64,000 nt of DNA from a virus (IMGVR_UViG_3300037780_000034:96001-160000), one strand, 5' to 3'. Counted from the stretch's first letter, positions 30,932 to 40,683 are shown. The notes: generated by a model from the sequence alone, not told the origin. A program made the numbers and translations.

Positions 30932-31271
30932 TGGACTCATTGAAGATTCAGATGGAACAAAATGGTGGTATATAAATGACAAACTTCATCGGAGTGATGG
31001 CCCTGCAGTTGAATATTCAGATGGAACAAAAAGTTGGTATATAAATGGCAAATGTCATCGGAGTGATGGCCCTGCTATTGAATATGCAGATGGAAGAAAA
31101 AGTTGGTGGATAAATGGCCAACGTCATCGGAGTGATGGCCCTGCCGTTGAATTTCCAGATGGAAGAAAAAGGTGGTATATAAATAATAAAGAATATTCTT
31201 TTACTGATTATTGCATTGAATTAAAATTATCAAAAGAACAAATATGTGAATTGGTATTACATTATGCGTAA
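30924..31271 (+). CDS. MORN-variant-like repeat protein A
   Basis: 23-aa repeats WYING..HR.DGPA.EY.DG.K. Confidence 0.8.
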   Translation: MRNGLIEDSDGTKWWYINDKLHRSDGPAVEYSDGTKSWYINGKCHRSDGPAIEYADGRKSWWINGQRHRSDGPAVEFPDGRKRWYINNKEYSFTDYCIELKLSKEQICELVLHYA

Positions 31272-31611
31272 TGGACTTGTTGAATATCCAAGTGGAACAA
31301 AGGAGTGGTATATAAATGACAAACGTCATCGTATTGATGGCCCTGCTGTTGAACGAGCAAATGGAACAAAGGAGTGGTATCAAAATGACAAACGTCATCG
31401 GAGTGATGGACCCGCTATTGAAGATTCAGATGGAATAAAAATGTGGTATATAAATGGCAAACGTCATCGGAGGGATGGACCCGCTATTGAAGATTCAGAT
31501 GGAATAAAAATGTGGTTTATAAATGGTAAAGAATATTCTTTTACTGATTATTGTATTAAATTAAATTTATCAAAAGAACAAATATGTGAATTGGTATTAC
31601 ATTATGCGTAA
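31264..31611 (+). CDS. MORN-variant-like repeat protein B
   Basis: Starts at ATGCGTAA overlap with the stop of A. Confidence 0.8.
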   Translation: MRNGLVEYPSGTKEWYINDKRHRIDGPAVERANGTKEWYQNDKRHRSDGPAIEDSDGIKMWYINGKRHRRDGPAIEDSDGIKMWFINGKEYSFTDYCIKLNLSKEQICELVLHYA

Positions 31612-32020
31612 TGGACTTGTTGAATTTCCAAGTGGAACCAAAATGTGGTATCATAATGACAAACTTCATCGGAGTGATGGCCCTGCCATTGAACAAACAG
31701 ATGGAAGAAAAAGGTGGTATCATAATGACAAACTTCATCGCATTGATGGCCCTGCTGTTGAATATGCAGATGGAACAAAAATGTGGTTTATAAATGACAA
31801 ACGTCATCGGAGTGATGGCCCTGCAGTTGAATATTCAGATGGAACAAAAAGTTGGTATATAAATGGCAAATGTCATCGGAGTGATGGCCCTGCTATTGAA
31901 TATGCAGATGGAAGAAAAAGTTGGTGGATAAATGGTGAAAAATATTCCTTTACTGACTATTGTATTGAATTAAAATTATCAAAAGAACAAATATGTGAAT
32001 TGGTATTACATTATGCTTAA
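31604..32020 (+). CDS. MORN-variant-like repeat protein C
   Basis: Same architecture with one more repeat. Confidence 0.8.
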   Translation: MRNGLVEFPSGTKMWYHNDKLHRSDGPAIEQTDGRKRWYHNDKLHRIDGPAVEYADGTKMWFINDKRHRSDGPAVEYSDGTKSWYINGKCHRSDGPAIEYADGRKSWWINGEKYSFTDYCIELKLSKEQICELVLHYA

Positions 32021-32222
32021 TGGACTTGTTGAATTTCCAAGTGGAACCAAAATTTGGCATCAAAATGACAAACTTCATCGCATTGATGGCCCTGCTGTTG
32101 AACGAGCAAATGGAACAAAGGAGTGGTATATAAATGGTAAAGAATATTCTTTTACTAATTATTGTATTGAATTAAAATTATCAAAAGAACAAATATGCGA
32201 ATTGGCATTGACCTATGCGTAA
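32013..32222 (+). CDS. MORN-variant-like repeat protein D
   Basis: Shortest paralog; same C-terminal cap YSFT.YCIELKLSKEQICEL. Confidence 0.75.
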   Translation: MLNGLVEFPSGTKIWHQNDKLHRIDGPAVERANGTKEWYINGKEYSFTNYCIELKLSKEQICELALTYA

Positions 32223-32243
32223 CAAAATTATTAAGGAATTAAA

Positions 32244-32462
32244 ATGACAAATCAAAGACCAGCAAAAACATACAATAGAACCGAAAATAATGGAGATATT
32301 AATATTAAAACACTAATTGAATTTACTAAGAAAGCAGAAATTTTGTTGTTAGACAATAATCAAGAAGATGCATCTTTTTATTTTTCGCAGGTTCACGATT
32401 GGTTAATAAAAAATCCACATATCGGATTAAATGAAAATTGTAGTAAAATTTTAGGATTATAA
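32244..32462 (+). CDS. Hypothetical protein
   Basis: ORF with RBS. Confidence 0.55.
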   Translation: MTNQRPAKTYNRTENNGDINIKTLIEFTKKAEILLLDNNQEDASFYFSQVHDWLIKNPHIGLNENCSKILGL

Positions 32463-32464
32463 TT

Positions 32465-32932
32465 ATGATATCTAAAGAAATGGAAGACAAAATAAATAAA
32501 TTTTTTTCGTTTGGTAGGTGTGAATATAGAGAAAACTTTAAAATAAGTTTATGTGCAAAATGCGATGGATTGGGATTTTATACAACAGAAACATTAGTTG
32601 ATTATCACCGAAATGATTATGAATACAATACACATAATTGTAATGTATGCAATGGTGACGGAAGAATCATAGTGATAGAAAAAAGTGTTGTTTTAAATAC
32701 AAGCCAAGAAAAAGAAATTGTTCCATATATTGGAAATGAAAATCTATTAAAACAAAACAAATGCACACATATTCATTTAAAAGTAGATAATAGAAATCCT
32801 TTTTTGGAAAATAGACATCCAGAATTAAAGGAGTTGACATACACCAACTATGATGCTATGGTAAGAAACATCTTAATAGAAGAAGCGTTGGTAACAGATG
32901 ACAAAAACAGAAAAAACACCTTCCCGTTCTAA
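32465..32932 (+). CDS. Protein with DnaJ-type Zn finger
   Basis: CAKCDGLG...CNVCNGDG. Confidence 0.6.
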   Translation: MISKEMEDKINKFFSFGRCEYRENFKISLCAKCDGLGFYTTETLVDYHRNDYEYNTHNCNVCNGDGRIIVIEKSVVLNTSQEKEIVPYIGNENLLKQNKCTHIHLKVDNRNPFLENRHPELKELTYTNYDAMVRNILIEEALVTDDKNRKNTFPF

Positions 32933-33206
32933 ACCGCTTAAAGTAGTTGATGAACACGAACAAAAAGTAAGAGACAATGCAGTGTATTATAATGTTTCTT
33001 TTTTTCAACCTGGCTTTGGAACAAAAGTATATCAATCTTTTGAAGATTTTAAACACGCAAAGGCATATTGTCAGGTAGTTTTAAAGGAACCTAATCGCTT
33101 GCGTTCTGGACTTATCTATGCTATAGATAATAATGGAAATCACGCATTAGTAGGAACTATGGATCGTAATTTAACTTGGAAAGAAGTAATTCCACAAACT
33201 GTATAA
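32898..33206 (+). CDS. Hypothetical protein
   Basis: ORF. Confidence 0.5.
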   Translation: MTKTEKTPSRSKPLKVVDEHEQKVRDNAVYYNVSFFQPGFGTKVYQSFEDFKHAKAYCQVVLKEPNRLRSGLIYAIDNNGNHALVGTMDRNLTWKEVIPQTV

Positions 33207-33220
33207 ATAAAGGAACTATT

Positions 33221-35392
33221 ATGAAAATTAATACTAAACCAGAAAACGTAGCAGAATATAAAAATATAACTTCTGTAAACGAATTTAAAATCAAGTCAAA
33301 TTTTCACAGTTTTCAGATTCTTAGTTCTGGATTGTATGCAAACAAGATTCGTGCTATTATTCGTGAACTTTCTTGTAATGCGTGGGATAGTCACGTAGCA
33401 GCAAATAATGTAAACACTCCGTTTGATTTGCACCTTCCAACTAGTATTGAACCATATTTTTCTATTCGTGACTATGGAACTGGTCTTACACACGAAGAAG
33501 TTGTTAATATTTATACGACTTATTTTGAATCTACTAAATCAGATTCAAATGATTTCATTGGTGCACTTGGTCTCGGTTCTAAGTCTCCATTTTCTTATAC
33601 AGAAAACTTTACAGTAACCGCTATCAAAGATGGCGTGAAAAGTATTTATACTGCATTTGTCAGTGAACAAGGTGTTCCTTCTGTTGCACGTATGGCAGAT
33701 TTAACAACTGATGAACCAAATGGTGTTGAGGTTAAATTTGCTGTAGAAAATACTTATGATTTTTCAAAGTTTGAAAATGAAGCAAAATATGTTTTGACTT
33801 ACTTTAAAGTGAAGCCAAACTTTACAGGAAGAACTTGCAGCGTATTTACTCCTGAATATGAAGAAGTAAACATCGTTGACAATATCAACGTTATGAAATA
33901 TAGCGTTAATAATAGTTCAAGTGTTGCAATTATGGGAAATATCGCATATCCAATTGATGTTCCTAATAAAGAAAACAACTTGGGAAATCTTGCAGAATTA
34001 TTGAGGCACAATCTTGAAATTACATTCAACATCGGTGATGTTGAATTTCAAGCAAGCCGTGAAGGTCTTTCATACACTGCTAAAACAATCAATTCTATCA
34101 AAGAAAAATTGCAATCTTTACAAAATCGCTTGGATTACTCTCTTGAAAAAGAAGTAGCACATATTACAAACGAATGGGAACTTTGTTTCTTTTTGTTTGA
34201 TAAATATCAAACAAACATATGGAAAAATTCTGTTATTAATTATATTAAAAATAATGTAAAATCTCCATTGATTAAAAATAATGTAAATTATTTTTCGTTA
34301 GAAGATATTTATCTATTGTCAACAGAAATAGAAAATAAGTATAATGTATCTGTTCGTCATATCAAGTATGATTCATATTCACAGAATTTTAGAAATATGA
34401 CAGAACACACTGTTTATGATAATAAAACTGGTTCTTATGTAAAAAAGTTATCTATTGAAGTTGATACCGATACCGTATTTGTAAAATACGATAAAAAACA
34501 CGGAGCATTACAGCACGTAAAACACCATTTTAAACATAATAGACCAAAACATTATACACATATTTATATTCTTTATCCAGCAACCAAGGACAAAGAAGCT
34601 GACTATGATGGGTTTTTTAAAGCTATACACAATCCTCCAAACTCACATATTGTGGAAATGTCTAATCTAATTGAAAAGCCAAAAGTAGTTAGAAATACTG
34701 TTGCAAAAAACAAAGACATTTCTATTCTACGGTTAGAAAAAGATTCTTATCGTAACTCATATACTTGGAAACAAGGAAGCTTGCTGTCTCACTATGATAC
34801 TAAAACAACACATTTTTATATTCCCCTGTCTGGATATAGTGGTATATGGAAAGACGGATACGAAGAAACGGATATAAAAAGTTTTGTAGATGACCTCAAT
34901 ACATCTGGTATTGATCATTTGTTGGGAATTAAAACAGTATATGGAATACGTAAATCAGATATAGAAAAAGTGATTGCTATGAAAAATTGGGTTAACATTC
35001 AAGAATATCTAATAGATAAACTTGAAAGTATTGATAAACCAATGCTAATTCCATATGTTTTCTCAAAAAATAACAACTATGGAAAATCTCTTATAAAAGA
35101 CATTTTGCCGTCTGTTCCAGATACTGATTTTGCAAAATATTTTGATAATGCTGATTTAAGTAGTTTTCCTACAAGCTTTTCAAAGTTATCAGAACTCTAT
35201 AAAAGGTATACTAATAAAACTAATATTAAAGAAATGTTTACAGAATCAGTAAAAGAGTTTAACGCTTTTATGGAAAAGTATCCACTGATACTGTATGCAG
35301 ATTATGGAAGATACTATACACAACAACAAATTCGCAAAGATTGTATTAACTTAATTAACTTAATTGAAAACAAAACCCAAGGAGAAAATTAA
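33221..35392 (+). CDS. rIIA: rIIA protein (GHKL/HSP90-like ATPase N-terminus)
   Basis: IIRELSCNAWDSH, IRDYGTGL, FESTK, IGALGLGSKSPFSY; paired with rIIB. Confidence 0.88.
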   Translation: MKINTKPENVAEYKNITSVNEFKIKSNFHSFQILSSGLYANKIRAIIRELSCNAWDSHVAANNVNTPFDLHLPTSIEPYFSIRDYGTGLTHEEVVNIYTTYFESTKSDSNDFIGALGLGSKSPFSYTENFTVTAIKDGVKSIYTAFVSEQGVPSVARMADLTTDEPNGVEVKFAVENTYDFSKFENEAKYVLTYFKVKPNFTGRTCSVFTPEYEEVNIVDNINVMKYSVNNSSSVAIMGNIAYPIDVPNKENNLGNLAELLRHNLEITFNIGDVEFQASREGLSYTAKTINSIKEKLQSLQNRLDYSLEKEVAHITNEWELCFFLFDKYQTNIWKNSVINYIKNNVKSPLIKNNVNYFSLEDIYLLSTEIENKYNVSVRHIKYDSYSQNFRNMTEHTVYDNKTGSYVKKLSIEVDTDTVFVKYDKKHGALQHVKHHFKHNRPKHYTHIYILYPATKDKEADYDGFFKAIHNPPNSHIVEMSNLIEKPKVVRNTVAKNKDISILRLEKDSYRNSYTWKQGSLLSHYDTKTTHFYIPLSGYSGIWKDGYEETDIKSFVDDLNTSGIDHLLGIKTVYGIRKSDIEKVIAMKNWVNIQEYLIDKLESIDKPMLIPYVFSKNNNYGKSLIKDILPSVPDTDFAKYFDNADLSSFPTSFSKLSELYKRYTNKTNIKEMFTESVKEFNAFMEKYPLILYADYGRYYTQQQIRKDCINLINLIENKTQGEN

Positions 35393-35393
35393 A

Positions 35394-36224
35394 ATGAACT
35401 CATACCCTTATCTAATTCAAGGAACTAATATCGTTATTTTTATTAATAACGAAACCTACACTATTACAAAATCACATATCTCATATGAAAAAGTATTGGA
35501 ATCAATTCGTTCCAATGATTGGGAAACTGTAAAAAACATTGTTGATCCTAAAAAAGTAATCATCAATTATGGAAAAGGAAATGTTTCCATTCAAGGTGAA
35601 ACACTTTATTGGAAAGATAAAGAATTCCATAATTCATTAAGCTCACGAATGATTAAAATGTTTCAAGATGGTTTCTCTATTGAACCAATGATCAATTTTA
35701 TGGAAAATCTTATGGAAAATCCAAGTTATCGTGCAGTAAATGAACTATACGAATTCTTGGAAAAAAATAACCTTCCTATTACACCAGATGGTCATTTTCT
35801 TGCTTATAAAAAAGTAAAAAACGATTATATGGACGTTCATAGCAGAACTGTTCCAAATAAACTTGCAAAAATGTTTACTGATGAAGAAATTCAAAGTATG
35901 CCTATCGTTGGTGGACTTAATGGCGAAGTAACAGTAAAAATCAATTCTGACAATGTTACTGTTGTCAAAATGCCGCGAAATCAGGTTAACGATGATAAAA
36001 CTCAAACTTGCAGCGAAGGTCTTCATTTTTGTTCAAAAGAATATCTTTCAAGCTTTGGTGGTGAAAGGATTATGGTTCTTAAAATCAATCCACGAGATGT
36101 AGTATCAATTCCTGTTGACTACAATCGTAGTAAAGGTCGTTGCAATAGGTATCAAATCATTGCTGAACTTGGTGTCAAAGAAGAAGTGTTTGACGAAGTT
36201 GTGATGGAAAACGCTAACGTATAA
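35394..36224 (+). CDS. rIIB: rIIB protein
   Basis: LPITPDGHFLAYKKV, MPRNQVNDD...CSEGLH, INPRDVVSIP.DY. Confidence 0.88.
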   Translation: MNSYPYLIQGTNIVIFINNETYTITKSHISYEKVLESIRSNDWETVKNIVDPKKVIINYGKGNVSIQGETLYWKDKEFHNSLSSRMIKMFQDGFSIEPMINFMENLMENPSYRAVNELYEFLEKNNLPITPDGHFLAYKKVKNDYMDVHSRTVPNKLAKMFTDEEIQSMPIVGGLNGEVTVKINSDNVTVVKMPRNQVNDDKTQTCSEGLHFCSKEYLSSFGGERIMVLKINPRDVVSIPVDYNRSKGRCNRYQIIAELGVKEEVFDEVVMENANV

Positions 36225-36233
36225 CTTTTGTAA

Positions 36234-36261
36234 AATACACGGGAACTAGTTCCCGTGTATT
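36234..36261. terminator. Perfect 28-bp palindrome after rIIB
   Basis: AATACACGGGAACT/AGTTCCCGTGTATT. Confidence 0.65.
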
Positions 36262-36517
36262 CCTCTTTTAGGAATGTGAATATGGAACTTATTGAAAAGA
36301 AATTAAAGTTTTTACAAGATAGTGACAGTATGCAAAAAGATGATGCCTTTCAACAATTAAATGTTGAAGTATTAGATAGTGGCGCCGGAGCATATGTAGT
36401 TATTTCAACTAAAAGATGGTCGTTTGATGAGTCAGACATTGATAACTTTGCAAAAATGTTAAAAAAAGAAATTAAAAATGTAGGACACAGTATAAAATAT
36501 AATGCAGAAAATTAAAG

Positions 36518-36832
36518 ATGATAATATCAATAGACTATGATAATACATATACCGTTGATCCGGTATTATGGGATCAATTTATAAAAAATGCTATTTCAAA
36601 AGGACATACTGTCTATTGCATTTCTGCAAGGTCAGAACCTATGATGGAAGATGCAAAGAATACGATAGGTAAAATAATCGGTCCAGCAAATTGCTTTGGA
36701 ACAAACTTTGAACCAAAAAAAAGTTTTATGTGGAAAAACCATAAAATAAAAATAGATGTATGGATTGATGACACGCCAGAGTATATAACAGATATTACTT
36801 ATGGTGGATTAATTATGCCATATTCTCCATAG
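36518..36832 (+). CDS. Small HAD-superfamily protein
   Basis: SIDYDNT, ISAR, VWIDD. Confidence 0.7.
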   Translation: MIISIDYDNTYTVDPVLWDQFIKNAISKGHTVYCISARSEPMMEDAKNTIGKIIGPANCFGTNFEPKKSFMWKNHKIKIDVWIDDTPEYITDITYGGLIMPYSP

Positions 36833-36843
36833 GATATTTTAAA

Positions 36844-37146
36844 ATGACAAATATAGTTTCAACAAATTATGACTTTGTAAATCATTTCTTAAATTCAACA
36901 AAACAAATATTTCGTGATCATCTTGTATTAAAAGATGGTTCTATTTTATCTATTCAAGCAAGCGAACTTCATTATTGTTTTCCAAGGAATAACAATGCTG
37001 ACCATTATGAAACTGTTGAAATTTGGCTATACCCAAAAAACGAAACTTTTTTTGCTGAATGGGGCGGCGATGATACTACACCAGCAGCATTTGTGCCAGT
37101 TGAAAAAGTTAATGAATATATATTAAAACGTGGTGGAATATTATAA
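36844..37146 (+). CDS. Hypothetical protein
   Basis: SIQASELHYCFPR...YETVEI motif. Confidence 0.6.
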   Translation: MTNIVSTNYDFVNHFLNSTKQIFRDHLVLKDGSILSIQASELHYCFPRNNNADHYETVEIWLYPKNETFFAEWGGDDTTPAAFVPVEKVNEYILKRGGIL

Positions 37147-37172
37147 ATATTATAATATAAAGGAATATTATA

Positions 37173-37649
37173 ATGGATATAAGAACGTTAATTAATAAAA
37201 TAAATTCGTTTGATGAAGAAACTTCTTTAGTAGAAAGTGTATTAAAAGAATATAGCATAAATGATTTATTCACATTTGATAATTCTTATCTTAACGAAGA
37301 TTTAAACAATTTAAAACCATACCAAACCCAAAATTGGGATATAGATTATTCAAACGCATTTAAAAAAGGTGTTAAGAAATATAGAAATAATCCAAAAGTT
37401 TTAAAAGAATTAAAAGAATTAGAAAATTTTATTATTTCACACTCTGAAAAACCAGAAAAATCTACATTTCCACCACAGTATAATGTTCATATAATAAAAA
37501 CTGATCCAAAATTTTCAGGTGCATACGATGCTCATATATTAGGCAGTAAAATAATAACACTATTTTACATAGAAACTGATTCTGAAAAATTGAAACTACG
37601 TTGGATATATCTTGGAACACACGAAGGTGCAAAGAGCCATCTTGCTTGA
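37173..37649 (+). CDS. RelE/YafQ-like mRNase domain with N-terminal LxE-type leader
   Basis: YSNAFKKGVKK...YDAHI...WIYLGTH; TATAAATA at 37142. Confidence 0.6.
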   Translation: MDIRTLINKINSFDEETSLVESVLKEYSINDLFTFDNSYLNEDLNNLKPYQTQNWDIDYSNAFKKGVKKYRNNPKVLKELKELENFIISHSEKPEKSTFPPQYNVHIIKTDPKFSGAYDAHILGSKIITLFYIETDSEKLKLRWIYLGTHEGAKSHLA

Positions 37650-37883
37650 CAACTAACTCTTAGTGTGATATATGATTCGGTAACGATCAATAATCGTAAT
37701 CACACTATTATGAATGACACCAAATGACAGTTTTTGAATTAATTAGCATACTTCAACAATTTCCACAGGATTACAAAGTATATTGTGAAGGTGGAGATTA
37801 TAAAGACGATTATCGTGAAGTCTACAAAGTTGAAGTATCACACAGATCAACACTCGGAACACCAGTAGGGATTTTTATTAAAA

Positions 37884-38189
37884 ATGAATGATCGTATTAC
37901 AGAGATTATCAAATCTATGGGAATTATCTCAGAATCAGAACATTATGAAATTGCTGAAAAAGTAATTCGTGAATGTGCGATTCTATCACGAAATTTGTCT
38001 CCACACGGAGAACTTACAGAAAAAGCAATATTGGATCACTTTGGAATTTCAAATTCACAAGAAACAGTTTCTGATTTTTTGGATGAAGATGAAGATTATT
38101 CTGTAGAAGACCTTTTTACTTTTTCAAATGGATATGATCCAATTTATAAAAAATATCAAAATGAGGAAAATAACGATGATCACTCTTGA
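37884..38189 (+). CDS. Hypothetical protein
   Basis: ORF; AEKVIRECA motif. Confidence 0.55.
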   Translation: MNDRITEIIKSMGIISESEHYEIAEKVIRECAILSRNLSPHGELTEKAILDHFGISNSQETVSDFLDEDEDYSVEDLFTFSNGYDPIYKKYQNEENNDDHS

Positions 38190-38670
38190 ACAAGCAATTA
38201 AACTCGCAAACTACCAAATAACTGGGGGAAGCCAGTATCTTTGGAAATGTTTTGGCCCAAATGCACGGTATCTTGATTTCGTGGACAACGAAAAGATTTC
38301 GTATTCTGTAATTTTTGATACAGAAACACAAGTTGTATATCAGGCAACCATAAGTGATTATACTCGGGAAAATCATTATCTTCTGCTAAACAAAGAGTAT
38401 CGTGAAGACTATATTGCAGAATCAGATTCAAGAGGTTCAAGATATAATCAAGTATATGACGATGTAAACTATGTAGAACTTGAAGAAGTAAATGATTTTG
38501 TTGAAAAAGCAGATGCCATCATAAACGGTAAAGAATATGATGATCGTGTATCAATTCCTCTTGATTTTGACGATGCACTTCTTTTTAAAATTATGATTGC
38601 TGCTCATAAAGAAGACCTTACACTAAATCAGTTCATTGAAAAAAGTATTAATTCCTTTATAAATAAATAA
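38176..38670 (+). CDS. Hypothetical phage protein
   Basis: ITGGSQYLWKCFGPNAR; C-terminal AAH..DLTLNQF. Confidence 0.65.
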   Translation: MITLEQAIKLANYQITGGSQYLWKCFGPNARYLDFVDNEKISYSVIFDTETQVVYQATISDYTRENHYLLLNKEYREDYIAESDSRGSRYNQVYDDVNYVELEEVNDFVEKADAIINGKEYDDRVSIPLDFDDALLFKIMIAAHKEDLTLNQFIEKSINSFINK

Positions 38671-38689
38671 AAATAAAGGATTAAACATT

Positions 38690-39109
38690 ATGAGAAAATA
38701 TTTAAATATTGTAGAAGCTTCAAACAAAGGATGTCCACCAGCTACACAAGATATTGATTTAAATCTAAAAAATCGTCAAAAAGCAATTGACGAATATCAT
38801 TATGGTCCAGCTAACCCAGACAATCCAGAAAATTATTGGAAAGATGCAGCAAAAAGATGGAATATCACTGAAAAAACTGCAAAAACAATGACTTGTTCAA
38901 ATTGTGCTGCATTTGACGTTAGCGATAAAATGTGGGATTGTATCACAAAAGGAATTGAAGGCGATAATAAAGATGTAGACTCTCTTGCTACTATTCATAA
39001 AGCCGACTTGGGATATTGTAACTTTTTACATTTTAAATGTGCAGGAACAAGAAGCTGCACAGCTTGGGTAACTGGTGGAGCAATAGACGACAAAGATAGA
39101 ACTAAATGA
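38690..39109 (+). CDS. Cys-rich late protein with LxE-type leader
   Basis: MRKYLNIVEA; CSNCAAF...GYC...FKC...RSC..W; TATAAATA at 38658. Confidence 0.7.
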   Translation: MRKYLNIVEASNKGCPPATQDIDLNLKNRQKAIDEYHYGPANPDNPENYWKDAAKRWNITEKTAKTMTCSNCAAFDVSDKMWDCITKGIEGDNKDVDSLATIHKADLGYCNFLHFKCAGTRSCTAWVTGGAIDDKDRTK

Positions 39110-39750
39110 AACTAATAAAAACAAATGAACAATTTAATCCAAATCCATATTTGTCAACTCCTATAGATTTAGAATTAGTTAAGAATTTAAAATTAACTGA
39201 TTTTGACAAAGATGGATATGAAGTTCCTTCTCCACTGGAACAACTTCATTATGAAGCACAAGGTGTAGAATTAAATAAAGAAATACAATATCATATAGCA
39301 CCAGTTCAACCTTGGTATTATGATGAAGAATCCAGTGAAAAAGAATTAGTGTTGGATCATTGTATGATATTGACACGTTGGGAATTTTCAGGTGAAGCAA
39401 GAAAACAATTAGAATATGTAGCAAAGCAAAGACCAATACTAAATAAATTGCTCGGCATTAAACACAAATGGGGCATAGACTTTAGTTTAGATTGGATAGA
39501 CGATACATACTGTATGGAAATAATTCATATAGAACAAGACTTTTTCAATATTGATGAAGCAAATGATGCAAAACAAAAACTTGAAAATATAATAGAAACA
39601 ACTGATTGGAAACAAGGCGCAAAAGACCTTATCACTATAAAATCTAAATGGATAGATTTAAATTCTGATGACCAAAGCGATTTTAAAGCAAAGTTTTTTG
39701 GTTGGGACAGAGCATTTAACAATAAAAAAGTTTTTTCATTTTTTTCATAA
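39106..39750 (+). CDS. Hypothetical protein
   Basis: 214-aa ORF. Confidence 0.65.
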   Translation: MKLIKTNEQFNPNPYLSTPIDLELVKNLKLTDFDKDGYEVPSPLEQLHYEAQGVELNKEIQYHIAPVQPWYYDEESSEKELVLDHCMILTRWEFSGEARKQLEYVAKQRPILNKLLGIKHKWGIDFSLDWIDDTYCMEIIHIEQDFFNIDEANDAKQKLENIIETTDWKQGAKDLITIKSKWIDLNSDDQSDFKAKFFGWDRAFNNKKVFSFFS

Positions 39751-39821
39751 AAAATGCACTATTTTGTATATTTTTCTGTTTTAAAAACATAAATACAATT
39801 ACAAAAACAGAAAGAACATAA

Positions 39822-39917
39822 ATGAGTTTACGTAATAGAAATATATCATCTAACCAGATAATCCCCGCAAGAGGATTAGGTTGTGGTGTCTTTCAATTGG
39901 AGGGGTATATAGACTAG
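39822..39917 (+). CDS. Possible 31-aa leader peptide upstream of the tRNA island
   Basis: MSLRNRNISSNQIIPARGLGCGVFQLEGYID*, followed by a terminator. Confidence 0.35.
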   Translation: MSLRNRNISSNQIIPARGLGCGVFQLEGYID

Positions 39918-39947
39918 ATTAAAAGAAATTTTAAGAAAAGTTTATAA

Positions 39948-39980
39948 AACCCTCTGAATAAAATCAGGGGGTTCTTTTTT
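39948..39980 (+). terminator. Intrinsic terminator
   Basis: AACCCTCTGA/TCAGGGGGTT stem plus T-run. Confidence 0.75.
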
Positions 39981-39997
39981 TAAACTACGAAAAGGTG

Positions 39998-40026
39998 TTG
40001 ACAACGATAAGCGAATCACTTATAGT
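39998..40026 (+). promoter_or_regulatory. Promoter P1 of the tRNA island
   Basis: TTGACA-17-TATAGT; GAATC at 40013; imperfect direct repeat with P2. Confidence 0.85.
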
Positions 40027-40084
40027 TAGTTCATCAAGAAACGGACAGCAGATAAAAAAATCTGCAAGATGTTGAAAAAAGGTG

Positions 40085-40113
40085 TTGACAACCATAACCG
40101 AATCAGTTATAGT
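40085..40113 (+). promoter_or_regulatory. Promoter P2 of the tRNA island
   Basis: TTGACA-17-TATAGT; GAATC at 40100. Confidence 0.85.
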
Positions 40114-40134
40114 TACAACATCAAGAAACAAAAC

Positions 40135-40162
40135 AGAACGAAAGTTCTACGCTCTTTGAAAA
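40135..40162 (+). promoter_or_regulatory. rrn-like boxB hairpin plus boxA antitermination signal
   Basis: AGAAC-GAAA-GTTCT then GCTCTTTGAAAA. Confidence 0.6.
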
Positions 40163-40307
40163 TTTGGTATTCGTCTTAGGGAAAACCCGATAATAGACTG
40201 AAAACAGTGAAACGATGCTGGCGAATATGCCTGTAAGTTCTCTGTTAATGATTGATAATGAATGACTACTTTTGTGCAAACAACTGTTATGAAACATTAT
40301 CAAGAAT

Positions 40308-40388
40308 TCTGTTTTCAAATACACAGATATACTAACAGAAGGCTATCCGGAAGTCATTATGCTAAGTTTCTGTGTATCTGAAAACAGA
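40308..40388 (+). ncRNA. Long-stem hairpin ncRNA candidate
   Basis: TCTGTTTTCA/TGAAAACAGA and ATACACAGA/TCTGTGTAT. Confidence 0.45.
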
Positions 40389-40488
40389 TTAGGTCGTCAG
40401 TATAGACTCCATATGCAAGGCCGTTTAAGGGAATCAGGAGTGTCGGCAGCACAAACTTGTTTGTGACGGACTATTCCCTATTAGAATA

Positions 40489-40566
40489 AACTATGAAAGT
40501 AACTGAAATAGTATCATAGTCGCTCTATGATCTTGGTGCAAATCCAAGCATAGTGAAATCATAGTT
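40489..40566 (+). ncRNA. tRNA-like ncRNA candidate with T-arm
   Basis: AACTATGA/TCATAGTT stem; CTTGG-TGCAAAT-CCAAG. Confidence 0.45.
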
Positions 40567-40683
40567 TCCAACTTACTAACTTTACGCCTCCTTCAATAGT
40601 AAGTTGGGTTATTTTTCTGCCACTGTAAATGCAATACTTTACAGTGATGGGCTGGATAAAAGGTGAGCAGACATCTTCCAGCA

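Larger units (their letters stand above)
30924..32222 (+). repeat. Tandem array of four paralogous genes built from 69-bp units
   Basis: Recurrent CATCG..GTGATGGCCCTGC units; ~140-bp near-identical block shared by genes A and C. Confidence 0.85.

Noticed and set aside
30924-32222. Diversity-generating retroelement
   Set aside because: No reverse transcriptase in the window, differences are not adenine-specific, and there is no non-coding template repeat.
1100-39722. Numerous short minus-strand and alternate-frame ORFs inside + strand genes
   Set aside because: Shadow ORFs of AT-rich coding sequence with no RBS or motif support.
40165-40225. Hammerhead ribozyme
   Set aside because: A stem followed by GAAAC is present, but the CUGANGA core is missing.
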